A stretch of 64,000 nt of DNA. Source: an uncultured virus (IMG/VR IMGVR_UViG_3300042860_000278) (lineage: Duplodnaviria; Heunggongvirae; Uroviricota; Caudoviricetes). Position 1 is the first letter of the stretch; the number at the start of each line of letters is the position of its first letter. Location of the stretch: IMG/VR virus record IMGVR_UViG_3300042860_000278. One strand, written 5' to 3'. Made by a program: the position numbers and the translations under genes. Positions 9,381 through 19,328 of this stretch are shown here, piece after piece. The notes beneath the pieces were generated by a model. The model was not told the DNA's origin and did no database searches. It saw only the letters and a program-made list of their open reading frames with translations.

Positions 9381-12300
9381 TCAACGCCGCTTTTTAGGCG
9401 ACGAACGGGGCAGGTACTTGTCGGGATTGACTTGGGGGGCCTGCTTGCCCGTGCCAGTTCGCGCACGACGGATCTGCTCCATCATTTTATATAACTTCTT
9501 TGCACCGGCCTCCGTTGAGCCGTTACCCAAGTGCGACACCACATCGGCGGGGACGACGAATTCACCGTCTGCCAAAGCGGCGCGTTGAACGCCTTTACCA
9601 CGAATCACTGCGGGGATGTCATCTGACATGCCGTCACCCGCTCCTCGCAGGAGTCTACCACCGGCTTTGTACTCGGGCATCATCGGCAAACCACCGGCAG
9701 CGAATCCAAAGTTGTAGCCATCTGCAGGGTTAACAGCACCACCCATGCGCGGGTCGCGAGTCAATTCAGCAATACCGCCCATTTGGTACTTTTTAGTCTT
9801 TCTCTTCACGATGCCTCCAGAAGCCATGCTGGGATCATACCCGTCATAACCTTTATCCTGAGTAAACCGGCCACCTCTCCAGCAGCCTAAGAAAGGATCA
9901 GCCGGGTATATCGTTCGTCCGTCGTCACTGACGCAATACCCAGTGTAATAAGCACTTTGGCATTCTCCAGTGGTTCTGTCATATCGACCGCCGCTGGCTA
10001 TACAGTCAACTTCTGCTTGATCAATTTCTCTTTCGTCATTCGGAACCATGCAGTTACCGGTCGGATAACCATTAGGCCCGATTTCAGGTACATATCCTGA
10101 GCGACAACGACCGTTCCTAGCGTACTCACCGATTAACTCATCATCGCTCGGAGGCGGCGTAGACGCGGGAGGCGCAGTCGTAGACGGAGGTGGCGTCGTG
10201 CCACTCGTCAAACCCGTATCTGTGCTGCGATAGCAGAAATCATCCGTCCGGTTCTTGGTGTAACCCTCTGGGCAGTTACCAAACTCATCCGGCAGTTCTA
10301 CTTCAGTCGTGTCGAAGATGCAGCCATCGCGGTACGGGTGCTTCTTAAAGCCCGGAGGACATCCCGTATCCGGAGACGGCGTTTCACCGCCCGTGGGACT
10401 CGGTGTCCCGCTCGGAGGAGTTGGTGTACCGCTCGGAGGACTTGGCGTACCACTTGGCGGACTTGGCGTACCACTCGGAGGCGTTCCAGTCGGCGGCGTT
10501 CCGGTTGGTGGGGTCCCAGTCGGCGGTGTACCGCTTGGGGACGGCGTCTCACGGATAGGAGAACAAATCGTAAGGCCGAGGAGCTGCAGAAGCGGATCAG
10601 CTTCCGTCCCCGGCGGACATTCACCAATAGGAGGTGGAGTAAATCCGGTCGGTTCAGGCGTAGGAGCCGGAGTCGGTGCAGATGTCGGTGGAACCGATTT
10701 CTTTCTGCAAGCACCTAAACCACCGTCAGCATCGGGATCGAACTCGTAGTCGTAACCGTAAACGGCTTCACAATCTCCGTCGCCGTAACCGTTAAATCGA
10801 CAGCGCCCAACGCTTGGGTCAAAAACATATCCTCGTTGAGAACATTGAGGATTGGGCGTTGGTGTAATTGGTATACACGGATCTAGTCCCGCTAAGTACC
10901 TATCAAAATCAAAACGAGTCTCCGGCGGACAAATTGGGATTGTCGGTGTAGGTACCGGAGTTGTGGGCGCTGGGGTTGTCGGCGCAGGCGTCGTCGGACT
11001 CGGTGTAGTGGGAGTAGGAGTCGTAGGTGCAGGCGTCGTAGGCGCGGGCGTGGTCGGACTCGGCGTACTCGTCGGAGCCGGAGTGCTAGTCGGAGCCGGA
11101 GTGCTTGTGGGTGCAGGCGTACTCGTCGGAGCCGGAGTGCTTGTGGGTGCAGGCGTACTCGTCGGAGCCGGAGTGCTTGTGGGTGCAGGCGTACTCGTCG
11201 GAGCCGGTGTGCTAGTTGGCGCAGGCGTACTCGTCGGAGCAGGCGTACTCGTCGGAGCAGGCGTACTCGTCGGTCCGGGTGTGCCTGTGGGTCCCGGAGT
11301 GCCAGTAGGTCCCGGAGTGCCAGTAGGTCCCGGAGTGCCAGTAGGTCCGGGTGTGCCTGTGGGTCCCGGAGTGCCAGTTGGGCCGGGTGTGCCAGTGGGG
11401 CCGGGTGTGCCAGTGGGGCCGGGTGTGCCTGTGGGTCCCGGAGTGCCAGTTGGGCCGGGTGTGCCAGTGGGGCCGGGTGTGCCTGTGGGTCCCGGAGTTC
11501 CCGGAGGTCCGCCTGTGCCGGGAGGTCCACCTGTACCGGGAGGCCCGGGTGTCGGAACCGGCGTGTTCTCGATGCAGGGATCTAGTCCAAGCTGCCACCG
11601 ATCAAAATCAAACGTAAATCCGACCTTACACGACGGCATCGTCGGAGCCGGGGTCGTCGTAGGCGGCATCGTATACATGACAGGAGGACGGAGACGATTA
11701 GTAAAATCTCCGCTCAAGTCTTTACGAAGCGCCTCTAAATAACGCTCATAGTCACTGATGTCCCGAGCAGGCCCGGGCGGTCTCAACAACGACCGATACC
11801 ACTCCGCTAGTTCCGGATCATACGGCTGCAAATCCGGTCCAGATGCAACGCCTGTCGGAGGTCGCGGCATCAAGGGACGCGGAGTCTGTTTAAATGGAAT
11901 TAAGTCTGTACGTAGATCACTAAGGTAATTATCAAAACCGGGCGGAGTAGGACGCTCCGCTCTCGTGGGATCTACATTTTGACCGCTGATAAAAGGAGTC
12001 ACGCCCTGAGCTGACGCAATGCCCGAGGGAGCATTGCTGCGGTAAAAGTCAGCCAGAGCGGGAGCGAAAGGGCGGAGAGCCTCGAAGTATTTCCGCCTCC
12101 TTTCTTCGTCAGTCTCTTCTTGTAGGTTACTCGCTGTTTCCGAAAGACCGCCTTCGGCAAAACCCTCTTCACCAGTAAACATATTGGTCGGAGGTTCGTA
12201 GCCAGCAGGCTGTACCCGACTCATCGGATAAGAAGGATTGGGACGCGGCACGATACCGCCACCCGCCATAAAGAACGGACGCTGCTGATCTTGATCTAAT

Positions 12301-13166
12301 GGCCCCGACGATGGGGGCCTAGTAGGGGCTGGCGTAGGTGGGGGTTGCTGCTGCGGAGGCTGCTGCGGATTAAAGTTCTGCGGCGTGTACTGCCCCGGCG
12401 TGTAGCCACGGTTAATGAAGTAAGGCTGTCCCGGCTCGCCCCAACGCGGATTCATCTGACCCTGCTGGAACTGAGTCCTGAAGTATTGAGTTGGTTCCGC
12501 CTTCGGAATGCCGTACTTCTGGCTCTCGGCACGGTTGATCAAGTACATCAACGGAATGTACGAAGCTACGTCCCCGAAAGAACCTAATCCTTGCGATTGT
12601 GCCTGACCTTGTTGAGGGCCTTTAAATATGCTCTCAAGGATGTTTTCAAATGGTTTTTTGACCGTGGGCTTAGTAGCTTTTGCGGCTCCTTCGATAAGTC
12701 CCGGCGCAATTTCGCCAAAGTCATCCGCACCACGAGGGGCTTCTTTATAGCCAGCAGGGCCAGCAATTCCCGGTATTCCAGCTTTAGACTGCTCAACCGC
12801 CGAGGCGATGCCACCCAACACTTGCGTGCCGAGATAGGCTTTCATACCAGCATCGAGGCCCTTCTGCAGGTCACCTTTGATAGCCCCGTACGCTGTGCCG
12901 ACTAACGTGCTGGTGAGCTGCGGATTCTGAATTGCCGCCGTGCCGATCTTCTTGACCCCACCCCAAATAGCTTTGAGGAAGTTGCCCAGAACCGACGCTT
13001 CAGGAAGCCCCGTTACCGGATTGACCGGCAGTTCCATGCCTTGAGCACGGGCTAGTTCCTGTAAAGCCCGCACTTCGTCGGGGGTCATATGGACAAGGGT
13101 GTTATCCCCGCCACGGCCTTGAGCGGCTACAAGGGACGCAAGTCCCGCCGCAGGATATTGGTTCAT
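9381..13166 (-). CDS. 1261-aa virion-associated protein with collagen-like, Pro/Thr mucin-like and small Cys-pair repeats
   Basis: N-terminal GRGGD..LVHM...NP.TGLPEA motif; C-terminal [10 protein letters not shown]...[14 protein letters not shown] motif; 31 consecutive Gly-X-Y triplets; 11 TSTPAP units. Confidence 0.75.
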   Translation of the reverse strand: MNQYPAAGLASLVAAQGRGGDNTLVHMTPDEVRALQELARAQGMELPVNPVTGLPEASVLGNFLKAIWGGVKKIGTAAIQNPQLTSTLVGTAYGAIKGDLQKGLDAGMKAYLGTQVLGGIASAVEQSKAGIPGIAGPAGYKEAPRGADDFGEIAPGLIEGAAKATKPTVKKPFENILESIFKGPQQGQAQSQGLGSFGDVASYIPLMYLINRAESQKYGIPKAEPTQYFRTQFQQGQMNPRWGEPGQPYFINRGYTPGQYTPQNFNPQQPPQQQPPPTPAPTRPPSSGPLDQDQQRPFFMAGGGIVPRPNPSYPMSRVQPAGYEPPTNMFTGEEGFAEGGLSETASNLQEETDEERRRKYFEALRPFAPALADFYRSNAPSGIASAQGVTPFISGQNVDPTRAERPTPPGFDNYLSDLRTDLIPFKQTPRPLMPRPPTGVASGPDLQPYDPELAEWYRSLLRPPGPARDISDYERYLEALRKDLSGDFTNRLRPPVMYTMPPTTTPAPTMPSCKVGFTFDFDRWQLGLDPCIENTPVPTPGPPGTGGPPGTGGPPGTPGPTGTPGPTGTPGPTGTPGPTGTPGPTGTPGPTGTPGPTGTPGPTGTPGPTGTPGPTGTPGPTGTPGPTGTPGPTSTPAPTSTPAPTSTPAPTSTPAPTSTPAPTSTPAPTSTPAPTSTPAPTSTPAPTSTPAPTSTPAPTSTPSPTTPAPTTPAPTTPTPTTPSPTTPAPTTPAPTTPVPTPTIPICPPETRFDFDRYLAGLDPCIPITPTPNPQCSQRGYVFDPSVGRCRFNGYGDGDCEAVYGYDYEFDPDADGGLGACRKKSVPPTSAPTPAPTPEPTGFTPPPIGECPPGTEADPLLQLLGLTICSPIRETPSPSGTPPTGTPPTGTPPTGTPPSGTPSPPSGTPSPPSGTPTPPSGTPSPTGGETPSPDTGCPPGFKKHPYRDGCIFDTTEVELPDEFGNCPEGYTKNRTDDFCYRSTDTGLTSGTTPPPSTTAPPASTPPPSDDELIGEYARNGRCRSGYVPEIGPNGYPTGNCMVPNDEREIDQAEVDCIASGGRYDRTTGECQSAYYTGYCVSDDGRTIYPADPFLGCWRGGRFTQDKGYDGYDPSMASGGIVKRKTKKYQMGGIAELTRDPRMGGAVNPADGYNFGFAAGGLPMMPEYKAGGRLLRGAGDGMSDDIPAVIRGKGVQRAALADGEFVVPADVVSHLGNGSTEAGAKKLYKMMEQIRRARTGTGKQAPQVNPDKYLPRSSPKKRR
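10950..11546. repeat. Coding tandem repeat: 18-bp units (GPTGTP-type, then APTSTP-type) grading into 15-bp units (PTTPA-type)
   Basis: Directly visible: 13 GPTGTP-type units (11269-11502) and 11 APTSTP-type units (11071-11268), with synonymous variation. Confidence 0.95.
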
Positions 13167-13200
13167 AAGCCCCCCAAGGGGAAAGGTTTCTTAAATGGTA

Positions 13201-13800
13201 TCACTCGTTTGCCTCGTAGTTCGACACCCAAGTGACGGTTAGGATGATGGACGGAATCGCCGGGATATTGCCCGTAGCGGCTACGTAAGGGATGACCACG
13301 TTGGTATCGGCAGCCTCCCAAGCCAACTCAAAGTAGTCCCCTGCTTCCATCACCAACACAAAGTTCCAAGCCGCCACGATCTCGTTGTTGGGGCCGTCGA
13401 TGACAATCTTGGTAGCCGAATCCGGTAGGTTAATCCCATTAATACGGGGCCAGATATAGACCGCACTAGCCGAACCGCCCGTCTTGTCTAACTGAGCCGA
13501 GAACTGAAAGTTATAAATACCCGTCTGGGCTACAAATATCCTAGATGTAGGTACGCCACGAGTAACGGCTTGTTGAGTAACAACCGAGTTATAAGTAAAT
13601 AAGTTGACGGCATCGGCTACCGGATTCGTCTGCGTCGTAGTGTCAAAGTACGAAGCGTGTGCGGTCGGGGAATTAACCCGATTAGCCATCTGGCTAAAAA
13701 ACAGACGTAGGATGTTAGTTAATTGATCCTGATATCGAACCTGATAATCAGTCGGAGCAACCGGCAAATTCGGCGGCACTACACCGCGAGCGACGGTCAT
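13201..13800 (-). CDS. Tail-associated virion protein, beta-rich C-terminal domain
   Basis: Coupled to the upstream tail gene by an ATGA overlap; G.YNFQFSAQL beta-sandwich-like motif. Confidence 0.55.
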   Translation of the reverse strand: MTVARGVVPPNLPVAPTDYQVRYQDQLTNILRLFFSQMANRVNSPTAHASYFDTTTQTNPVADAVNLFTYNSVVTQQAVTRGVPTSRIFVAQTGIYNFQFSAQLDKTGGSASAVYIWPRINGINLPDSATKIVIDGPNNEIVAAWNFVLVMEAGDYFELAWEAADTNVVIPYVAATGNIPAIPSIILTVTWVSNYEANE

Positions 13801-16085
13801 CGTCGTCCATCCGGTTTAACGTCAATACGCATCATGCCCATTTGCCACGCTACACCAAGATCAGTTGAGTCCACACGGAACGCCATCTGACGACCGCGCA
13901 CTCGGGTATAGACCTGACCGGTGTACTGCTGAATTGGGATCACCGATGTTCGGGTAACGGTCGGCGTATCGGCAGCGGTGTAGTTACTGCCTGAATTCTG
14001 ACGGGGTTTAACGGTGAGCGTTACAGACGGGTTAGCCCCACTTGATCCCGTGAAGTTGAGGTCAGGCAATATACGCCAGACGTAGCCAAAGTTCTGACCG
14101 TCTTGAATGTCAAAGTCCGACGACTCAATAAACGCTTCAATCGGCACGGGCGGATTGATCGACGCATCGTCGTTGCCAACTTCATGCAACAAGACTTGGT
14201 TCGGAATCCTGAGACTGACAACCGTGTATTGAGTGTGAGATGTAGCCGTTGTTCCATTAACGCCACGCACACACCCAGTAAGGGTATTGTTAACAATATT
14301 GGCGTACGTGATTTGCTCAGAATCAATCGTAACCGTACCGCTTAACGGGTACGTTGCAGCATCTACCAAGGCAATCGTCGTAATGGACGAATCAATCGAC
14401 GTAGCAAGGTACGAAGTCTGAATAGAGAACGCCGCGATTGGATAGTTACGCTGGGTATGCTCGGACCACGCCGTGCGATTGATATTGCCGTAATACCAAA
14501 TACGCTCAAGGTAGTTATAGATTACATAACGATCATTAATAAAACTATTTGCTGACGGGTAGAACCACCAGACTTCGTTGAAGCCCTCGTTACTGCCTGC
14601 ACAAACTTGATCAAGTTGATCGTAGTTGATGTCGTTGTAGACAAACTGACGAAGGGTGCAAGGCAGCGTTTCTACACGACCCGTATACATGAAGAACTTG
14701 TCACGACCCATCCAGTACGTGACGTTATTAACCGTCTGCGCTGCATTTTGCGATGCAATCGAAATGTCTTGATCAAGCAGTACAAAGTTCCACACAAACG
14801 GCGGTCCAATGTACTGCATCGAAAAGATGGCAGTATCTGTCCAAATCAGGATTTCCTGACGAGTATTCTGCGTAGCTACAATAAACGAGCCGTGAGACAG
14901 AGTTTGTTCGCCCGACTGATTAGTAACTTCAGGCACCCATTCGTACGGGTTGCCTTGGTCTGACCAACGAACAAGAAGTGGGTTGAAAACCGTGTTGAAG
15001 TTCGTTGGGTCGTATGGGGTCGAACCCATACAAATCGTGAATTCGTTTACGGGCGAGTCGATGATGACATTAGTTTCGTTGGGGACATGACGCCCCGCAA
15101 AACTGAAAGAAACGGCGGAAGCCGTGAGCGTGGCCGTGATCGCTGCCGAAAGCGTGACAGACGTTGAACCCGTCCAAGCGGCAGTTACAAAAGTACCCGT
15201 TGGAATGCCCGTACCTGATACAACAGACCCCGTGTTAATGCCTGTGGCGTCAGCCACCACAATAGTTGCAGCGCCAGAAGCAGCCGTAGCCGTAGTTGCT
15301 GTCTTCTCTACCGTGTTGGCTTTCTCTTCAAGCGAAACCGCTCGTGCCCACGTAGAAGTATCTTTAGTCCAGAAGTAGACCTCGCCACTACGCTCAGCAA
15401 AGATCAGGTCATCGCCAAAATTAAACATTGACCAGAGCCGCATCGGAATACCAGCCGGGGACGATGACCCCCAACCACCACTACCCCACGGAGGACCGCC
15501 CCAACCAACTTGGGTGGTGTAGACAGCGTTACCCGCGTCAATGTCGTACTGAGCAACGACTAAAGAGCCGCCACCGGTAGCCGTAGAACCCGCCGCCGTA
15601 GGCGAATAAATGACAAGAGAGTTGGCACTAGGAACCGAAGCAACTTCAAACGCACCATTTAAAGTCAGGCTGCCGACTGTCGTAGCGCCCGAAAAAGTAA
15701 CGTACGTGCCGATAGATGTGCCATGTGCAGTGGCATTGACCTGAACTGCTTTACTGCCAGCCGCCGTAGTAAACGGATTATTAGATAACGTAAGCGAGTT
15801 ACCAAGCGGAGTGATGTCGTAAAACTCGCCGCCCAGTTCTACGTAAACTTTCTGGTTGGTGCCTACGCCTAGAAGATTCTGGCCGACAGCCGTGACCCAG
15901 TTCCAGAGATACCGGGCAACACCTTTATATGTGTAGGCAAAGTTAATATTTTGCCAGCCGCCTAATTTTTCGGCGTAGCCAGATCGAAAACGCACCTTGT
16001 CGGATGCGAAGAAGCCGCCCTCGTTGGCGTAGCTGGTTGATTCGCGGTTAACGCCGGGGCGCAGTTCTAGTTTCTGAAGTGCCAT
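13797..16085 (-). CDS. Tail hub/nozzle (P22 gp10 / DNA-stabilisation-like) protein
   Basis: 762-aa beta-rich protein starting MALQKL..RPGVNRE, with RWSDQ and C-terminal R.RGRQ motifs; podovirus tail position. Confidence 0.65.
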   Translation of the reverse strand: MALQKLELRPGVNRESTSYANEGGFFASDKVRFRSGYAEKLGGWQNINFAYTYKGVARYLWNWVTAVGQNLLGVGTNQKVYVELGGEFYDITPLGNSLTLSNNPFTTAAGSKAVQVNATAHGTSIGTYVTFSGATTVGSLTLNGAFEVASVPSANSLVIYSPTAAGSTATGGGSLVVAQYDIDAGNAVYTTQVGWGGPPWGSGGWGSSSPAGIPMRLWSMFNFGDDLIFAERSGEVYFWTKDTSTWARAVSLEEKANTVEKTATTATAASGAATIVVADATGINTGSVVSGTGIPTGTFVTAAWTGSTSVTLSAAITATLTASAVSFSFAGRHVPNETNVIIDSPVNEFTICMGSTPYDPTNFNTVFNPLLVRWSDQGNPYEWVPEVTNQSGEQTLSHGSFIVATQNTRQEILIWTDTAIFSMQYIGPPFVWNFVLLDQDISIASQNAAQTVNNVTYWMGRDKFFMYTGRVETLPCTLRQFVYNDINYDQLDQVCAGSNEGFNEVWWFYPSANSFINDRYVIYNYLERIWYYGNINRTAWSEHTQRNYPIAAFSIQTSYLATSIDSSITTIALVDAATYPLSGTVTIDSEQITYANIVNNTLTGCVRGVNGTTATSHTQYTVVSLRIPNQVLLHEVGNDDASINPPVPIEAFIESSDFDIQDGQNFGYVWRILPDLNFTGSSGANPSVTLTVKPRQNSGSNYTAADTPTVTRTSVIPIQQYTGQVYTRVRGRQMAFRVDSTDLGVAWQMGMMRIDVKPDGRR

Positions 16086-16573
16086 TACGAGACCCCTGAC
16101 AGGTACAACGCCCGTTCGTCGTTGCGCCTTTTTACCAATCCCGGCAGTACTTTACCACCAGCTTTAGTCCATTTCAGGAACTCGTCAGCCGCCTCCTCAA
16201 ACTCACCCCGGTTCGTCTTCATCCGAAGGGAAGAGCGTTGGAGATTGCCAAGACCCACGTTGAAGGCAAAACTGACGAGAGAATCGAAGATTCCCTGATT
16301 GCCAACAGCAGCAGGGCAAAGTCGAACCACACCACGCTCAAACCGGCCAAGGTCTTGAGAAAGTATCCGATCCACCTCGTCCATCGTGAGAATGCGGTCC
16401 CAGCCAGCGGGTATCGGTAGATTCTTGCGCTCCTCATACTTCACCGTCGCATGAGCCGGGTCGATCACATGGCCGACGCCCACCGTCCACAAAAGCGCCG
16501 GGCAGCGGTAAGGCTTAGTCCTCACCCCTTCGTGGTGCTTGATCATCTGAATAGCGGCAGGGCTGACTTTCAC
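16085..16573 (-). CDS. Endolysin, GH24 (T4/P21-type) lysozyme
   Basis: Catalytic-type HEG.R..PY.C....WTVGVGH, FN.G.G and W.KAGGK.LPGL..RR motifs. GTG start overlaps the holin stop (GTGA). Confidence 0.9.
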   Translation of the reverse strand: MKVSPAAIQMIKHHEGVRTKPYRCPALLWTVGVGHVIDPAHATVKYEERKNLPIPAGWDRILTMDEVDRILSQDLGRFERGVVRLCPAAVGNQGIFDSLVSFAFNVGLGNLQRSSLRMKTNRGEFEEAADEFLKWTKAGGKVLPGLVKRRNDERALYLSGVS

Positions 16574-17055
16574 TTTTTGCCAAAAGCCTGTGTCCCGAAC
16601 CAAAACGCAATAATGGAAGACAGAATCAGCATCTCGTCATCCGAGAATACTTCAGCCATCGCAGCGGCAAACGGCACACCCGTGTTGTAGGCGTACCAGA
16701 CACCCGCAATATTGATGGCAACAAGTTCCAGCACAAAGATATAGGTCACGACCGGACGAACCGATGCCCGTAGATTAATCATCCACTGGCTCGCGCCTTT
16801 GCCGATCTCCATGTCGTGTTGATACAGGGCTTGGCGTTCTTCGCCCGCTGTCTGAGTCTGAATTTGCTCCAGCTTGATCTCTTCTACCCGTGCTTGGGCA
16901 ATAAAGCCGCGCTCAGCCAAGGCTAACTCCCGCTCTTTTTGGGCAGCGACGAGAGCCAACTCATGTTTCTTATCCTGCCGGTCTTGGAAGATTTGGAGGA
17001 TTTTAGGTAGCCCGCCCGCCAAGAAAGACAGGAAGGTTGAGATCATTGTCATCAT
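16570..17055 (-). CDS. Putative holin (3-TM holin-like)
   Basis: Hydrophobic segments, VRP..TY motif and C-terminal II.FWFG; immediately upstream of the lysozyme. Confidence 0.75.
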   Translation of the reverse strand: MMTMISTFLSFLAGGLPKILQIFQDRQDKKHELALVAAQKERELALAERGFIAQARVEEIKLEQIQTQTAGEERQALYQHDMEIGKGASQWMINLRASVRPVVTYIFVLELVAINIAGVWYAYNTGVPFAAAMAEVFSDDEMLILSSIIAFWFGTQAFGKK

Positions 17056-17058
17056 GGC

Positions 17059-17427
17059 TTAGCCCTCGTTAAGAACTTGCACGGGTTCTTCAACAGGTAC
17101 TTCAACCGGCGGTGCCCACGGTAGCGGAACGACCTTCGGCTGCGCGGCTTTCTGGTTGTCGATCTGCTGCTGCGCCATACCTTCAAAACGCGCTACGCCA
17201 TCAGCGCCGAGTGCATCCTTGGTCCATTGAATGACCTGATCTTCGGTAATGCTGGCGAGGTCGGTAAAGTTAGCGGCATCAGGTGCAAGCAACTTAGTGT
17301 CGCCCTGCACAAAACCCTTCAGCCCGTCTTCATCTGCGTCAATGTCAAAGCACACCGTCACGACGACGTTATCAAGGCCGTTCTGAGACAGAGCTTCTAT
17401 TTGCCGAACTTTCCATACAGTATTCAT
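17059..17427 (-). CDS. Conserved tail-region protein (possible fibre-associated chaperone)
   Basis: W.V..I...NVV..V...F...TE.QVI.W...LG...PLPW pattern typical of small tail-module proteins. Confidence 0.55.
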   Translation of the reverse strand: MNTVWKVRQIEALSQNGLDNVVVTVCFDIDADEDGLKGFVQGDTKLLAPDAANFTDLASITEDQVIQWTKDALGADGVARFEGMAQQQIDNQKAAQPKVVPLPWAPPVEVPVEEPVQVLNEG

Positions 17428-17583
17428 TTATTTAGCCTCCTCGGGCTTTGGGAGCAGCGGTTCAACCTGCTCCTTCAGTTTCATATAAAGCGGGAAAGCT
17501 CCTTGCGAAGTAGGCAACGAGCCAATCAAATTTACGATGGCGACCGCTTCATCAAGGGTCATTTCAAGTTTGACGGATTCCAT
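17428..17583 (-). CDS. Small hypothetical protein, 51 aa (MESVKLEMTLDEAVAIVNLIGSLP...)
   Basis: Below the ORF-track cutoff; AAGGAG SD; its TAA abuts the next ATG. Confidence 0.7.
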   Translation of the reverse strand: MESVKLEMTLDEAVAIVNLIGSLPTSQGAFPLYMKLKEQVEPLLPKPEEAK

Positions 17584-17627
17584 TAGTACTCCTTTATAAA
17601 ATTAAGATATACGTTTAACAATTAAAA

Positions 17628-18224
17628 TTAATTATTTTGAATGCCGACAAAAGTGCTAATAGATATCCTGTTGTTCATAAAATTGTCTGAGGTTGAAACT
17701 ATTTCTGTAACTTCGTGTTGTAAGTAAGATGGGAAAAACACCGCTTGGTTATGTTTTAAGTCAACCTCGTAATCGTCAAACTTCAATACCCCGCCGCCAT
17801 ACAACTTTGGCGTTTTGTAGAACGCTACTATCAATGTATACAGACACGTGTCATGGTGCGGTTTGTAGTAATCGCCATTCTGGTAGAATTGCACCAAAGT
17901 ATTGTCAGAATTAGTTATTGGTAAATACCCAAACACTCTGTCAAAACTTACAATTTCTTCAACTATTTCTCTAGAAAATATTTTTCTATTAAAAGAAAAA
18001 ATTGGCGAAACCATCAGGTTTTTGTACACATCAGGTAAAAAAATACCAGAGTTTTTCTTTTTAATAGTCCCATCCGGAAACTTAGCAGATTCGGTTTCTG
18101 ATCCCGGTCTTAAGTGCTTAGACAGAACATGCAACTCAGACCAAATTTGTGCTACTTCGCTATCTGCAAAGTAATCGTCTATTAAAACGTAGGTAATAGG
18201 GGCATCAAAATATCTTAAATTCAC
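17628..18224 (-). CDS. 2OG-Fe(II) oxygenase, prolyl-4-hydroxylase-like
   Basis: Y..GDYYKPHHD (HxD), GG.L.F, FPS...HEV and R.SI motifs; markedly AT-rich. Confidence 0.85.
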   Translation of the reverse strand: MNLRYFDAPITYVLIDDYFADSEVAQIWSELHVLSKHLRPGSETESAKFPDGTIKKKNSGIFLPDVYKNLMVSPIFSFNRKIFSREIVEEIVSFDRVFGYLPITNSDNTLVQFYQNGDYYKPHHDTCLYTLIVAFYKTPKLYGGGVLKFDDYEVDLKHNQAVFFPSYLQHEVTEIVSTSDNFMNNRISISTFVGIQNN

Positions 18225-18228
18225 ATTG

Positions 18229-18831
18229 CTACCCTTTCAAATGCAGTGCGGTTAGGCTTTCTTCCTCACCAATATACCCAACCGGAAACGTGTTGAACGC
18301 CAAAGACACACGATCATCGCCCTGCACGGTTTCTACCATGTGTGTCAGGCTTGACGGAAATAGCATCAAATCGCCAGCGCCAACCTCAAACCACCACGAA
18401 TCACTGTTGTAGAGGTTGTAGTTGTCGGTTGGTAGTGTGATTGGTTGATACGAATTTTTATAAAAATGAATTTTGTCTTTTGTTCTATCTGCTTTGAGGT
18501 ACAGAACCCCCGACACAAACGAGTTAGGATGGGCGTGTTTATGGTGAAATTCACCGGCTTTAGTGTAGTTCAACCATGATTGCGTCAAGCGTAGCGATAC
18601 GCTGTGTTTTGGTACGTAAATAGACTTAAAATATTCAGCTACGCAAGCTTCAGTAAATTCGCGTAGTTTAGCCATCGTCCAGTGCTGCAACACATACCGA
18701 TCATTACTCGTCGTGTTACCCATGTTTTTATAAGTTGGCTGGGAATCAACAAACGCGATTTCGTCAGAACTAAACTCGCGCCCAAGTTCAAATTTAGCAA
18801 CCGCCGTAGGGAATATAGGATACAAATTCAC
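18229..18831 (-). CDS. Putative 2OG-Fe(II) oxygenase (TIGR02466-like)
   Basis: SW.N...H..H.HPNS..SGV.Y, G.L.LFPS.L.H.V and R.SLAFN motifs; GTG start overlaps the upstream TGA. Confidence 0.8.
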   Translation of the reverse strand: MNLYPIFPTAVAKFELGREFSSDEIAFVDSQPTYKNMGNTTSNDRYVLQHWTMAKLREFTEACVAEYFKSIYVPKHSVSLRLTQSWLNYTKAGEFHHKHAHPNSFVSGVLYLKADRTKDKIHFYKNSYQPITLPTDNYNLYNSDSWWFEVGAGDLMLFPSSLTHMVETVQGDDRVSLAFNTFPVGYIGEEESLTALHLKG

Positions 18832-19325
18832 GGCTGAGTTACTAAAATCCAAGACAGACTTGATTCATCCCACCTGTAGTTACCACCGTCATCAGGGCGC
18901 GGTACAGGTGCAACCCATGTAAGCGGTTCTCCCTGCATTACCCAAGACGGATACGGCGCTGGAACACGTAACCAAGCCACAAGATCTTCGTTCCATTTAT
19001 AAACATCATCAGTCGGTCTAGGTACCGGCGGAACCCAATCAAATTTAATCGGGTCAATTATAAATGATGGATTTTTTCGAGGTTTAGGCGCGATAAAAGC
19101 ATCATAAGACGGGTAGTATGTGTGCCCAATCACTGCATATCTAGCACGAAAATTACCGTTATAAGAAGTCTGAACCCAGCGGGGCTCCATACCAAGTAAA
19201 GCCTGACAAAAGGCGATACCCTTTTCCTCTGACTCATTACCGTTTTCGTCAAGTATTTCGCTGTTCTTAACAACAATTACTTGAACTACAACGTTATTTT
19301 CATCAAGTTGTGCGAAATGTGCCAT
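18828..19325 (-). CDS. Conserved phage protein (MAHFAQLDENN family), usually next to Gly-rich tail proteins
   Basis: MAHFA.LDENN.V, WVQTSYN.NFR..YA and duplicated W.PP.PRP.D...Y.W.E motifs. Confidence 0.7.
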   Translation of the reverse strand: MAHFAQLDENNVVVQVIVVKNSEILDENGNESEEKGIAFCQALLGMEPRWVQTSYNGNFRARYAVIGHTYYPSYDAFIAPKPRKNPSFIIDPIKFDWVPPVPRPTDDVYKWNEDLVAWLRVPAPYPSWVMQGEPLTWVAPVPRPDDGGNYRWDESSLSWILVTQP

Positions 19326-19328
19326 GTA

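Noticed and set aside
10852..11742. Plus-strand ORF encoding elastin-like [12 protein letters not shown] repeats
   Set aside because: It is the antisense shadow of the Pro/Thr/Gly repeat in 9381-13166; it has no RBS and runs opposite to the operon.
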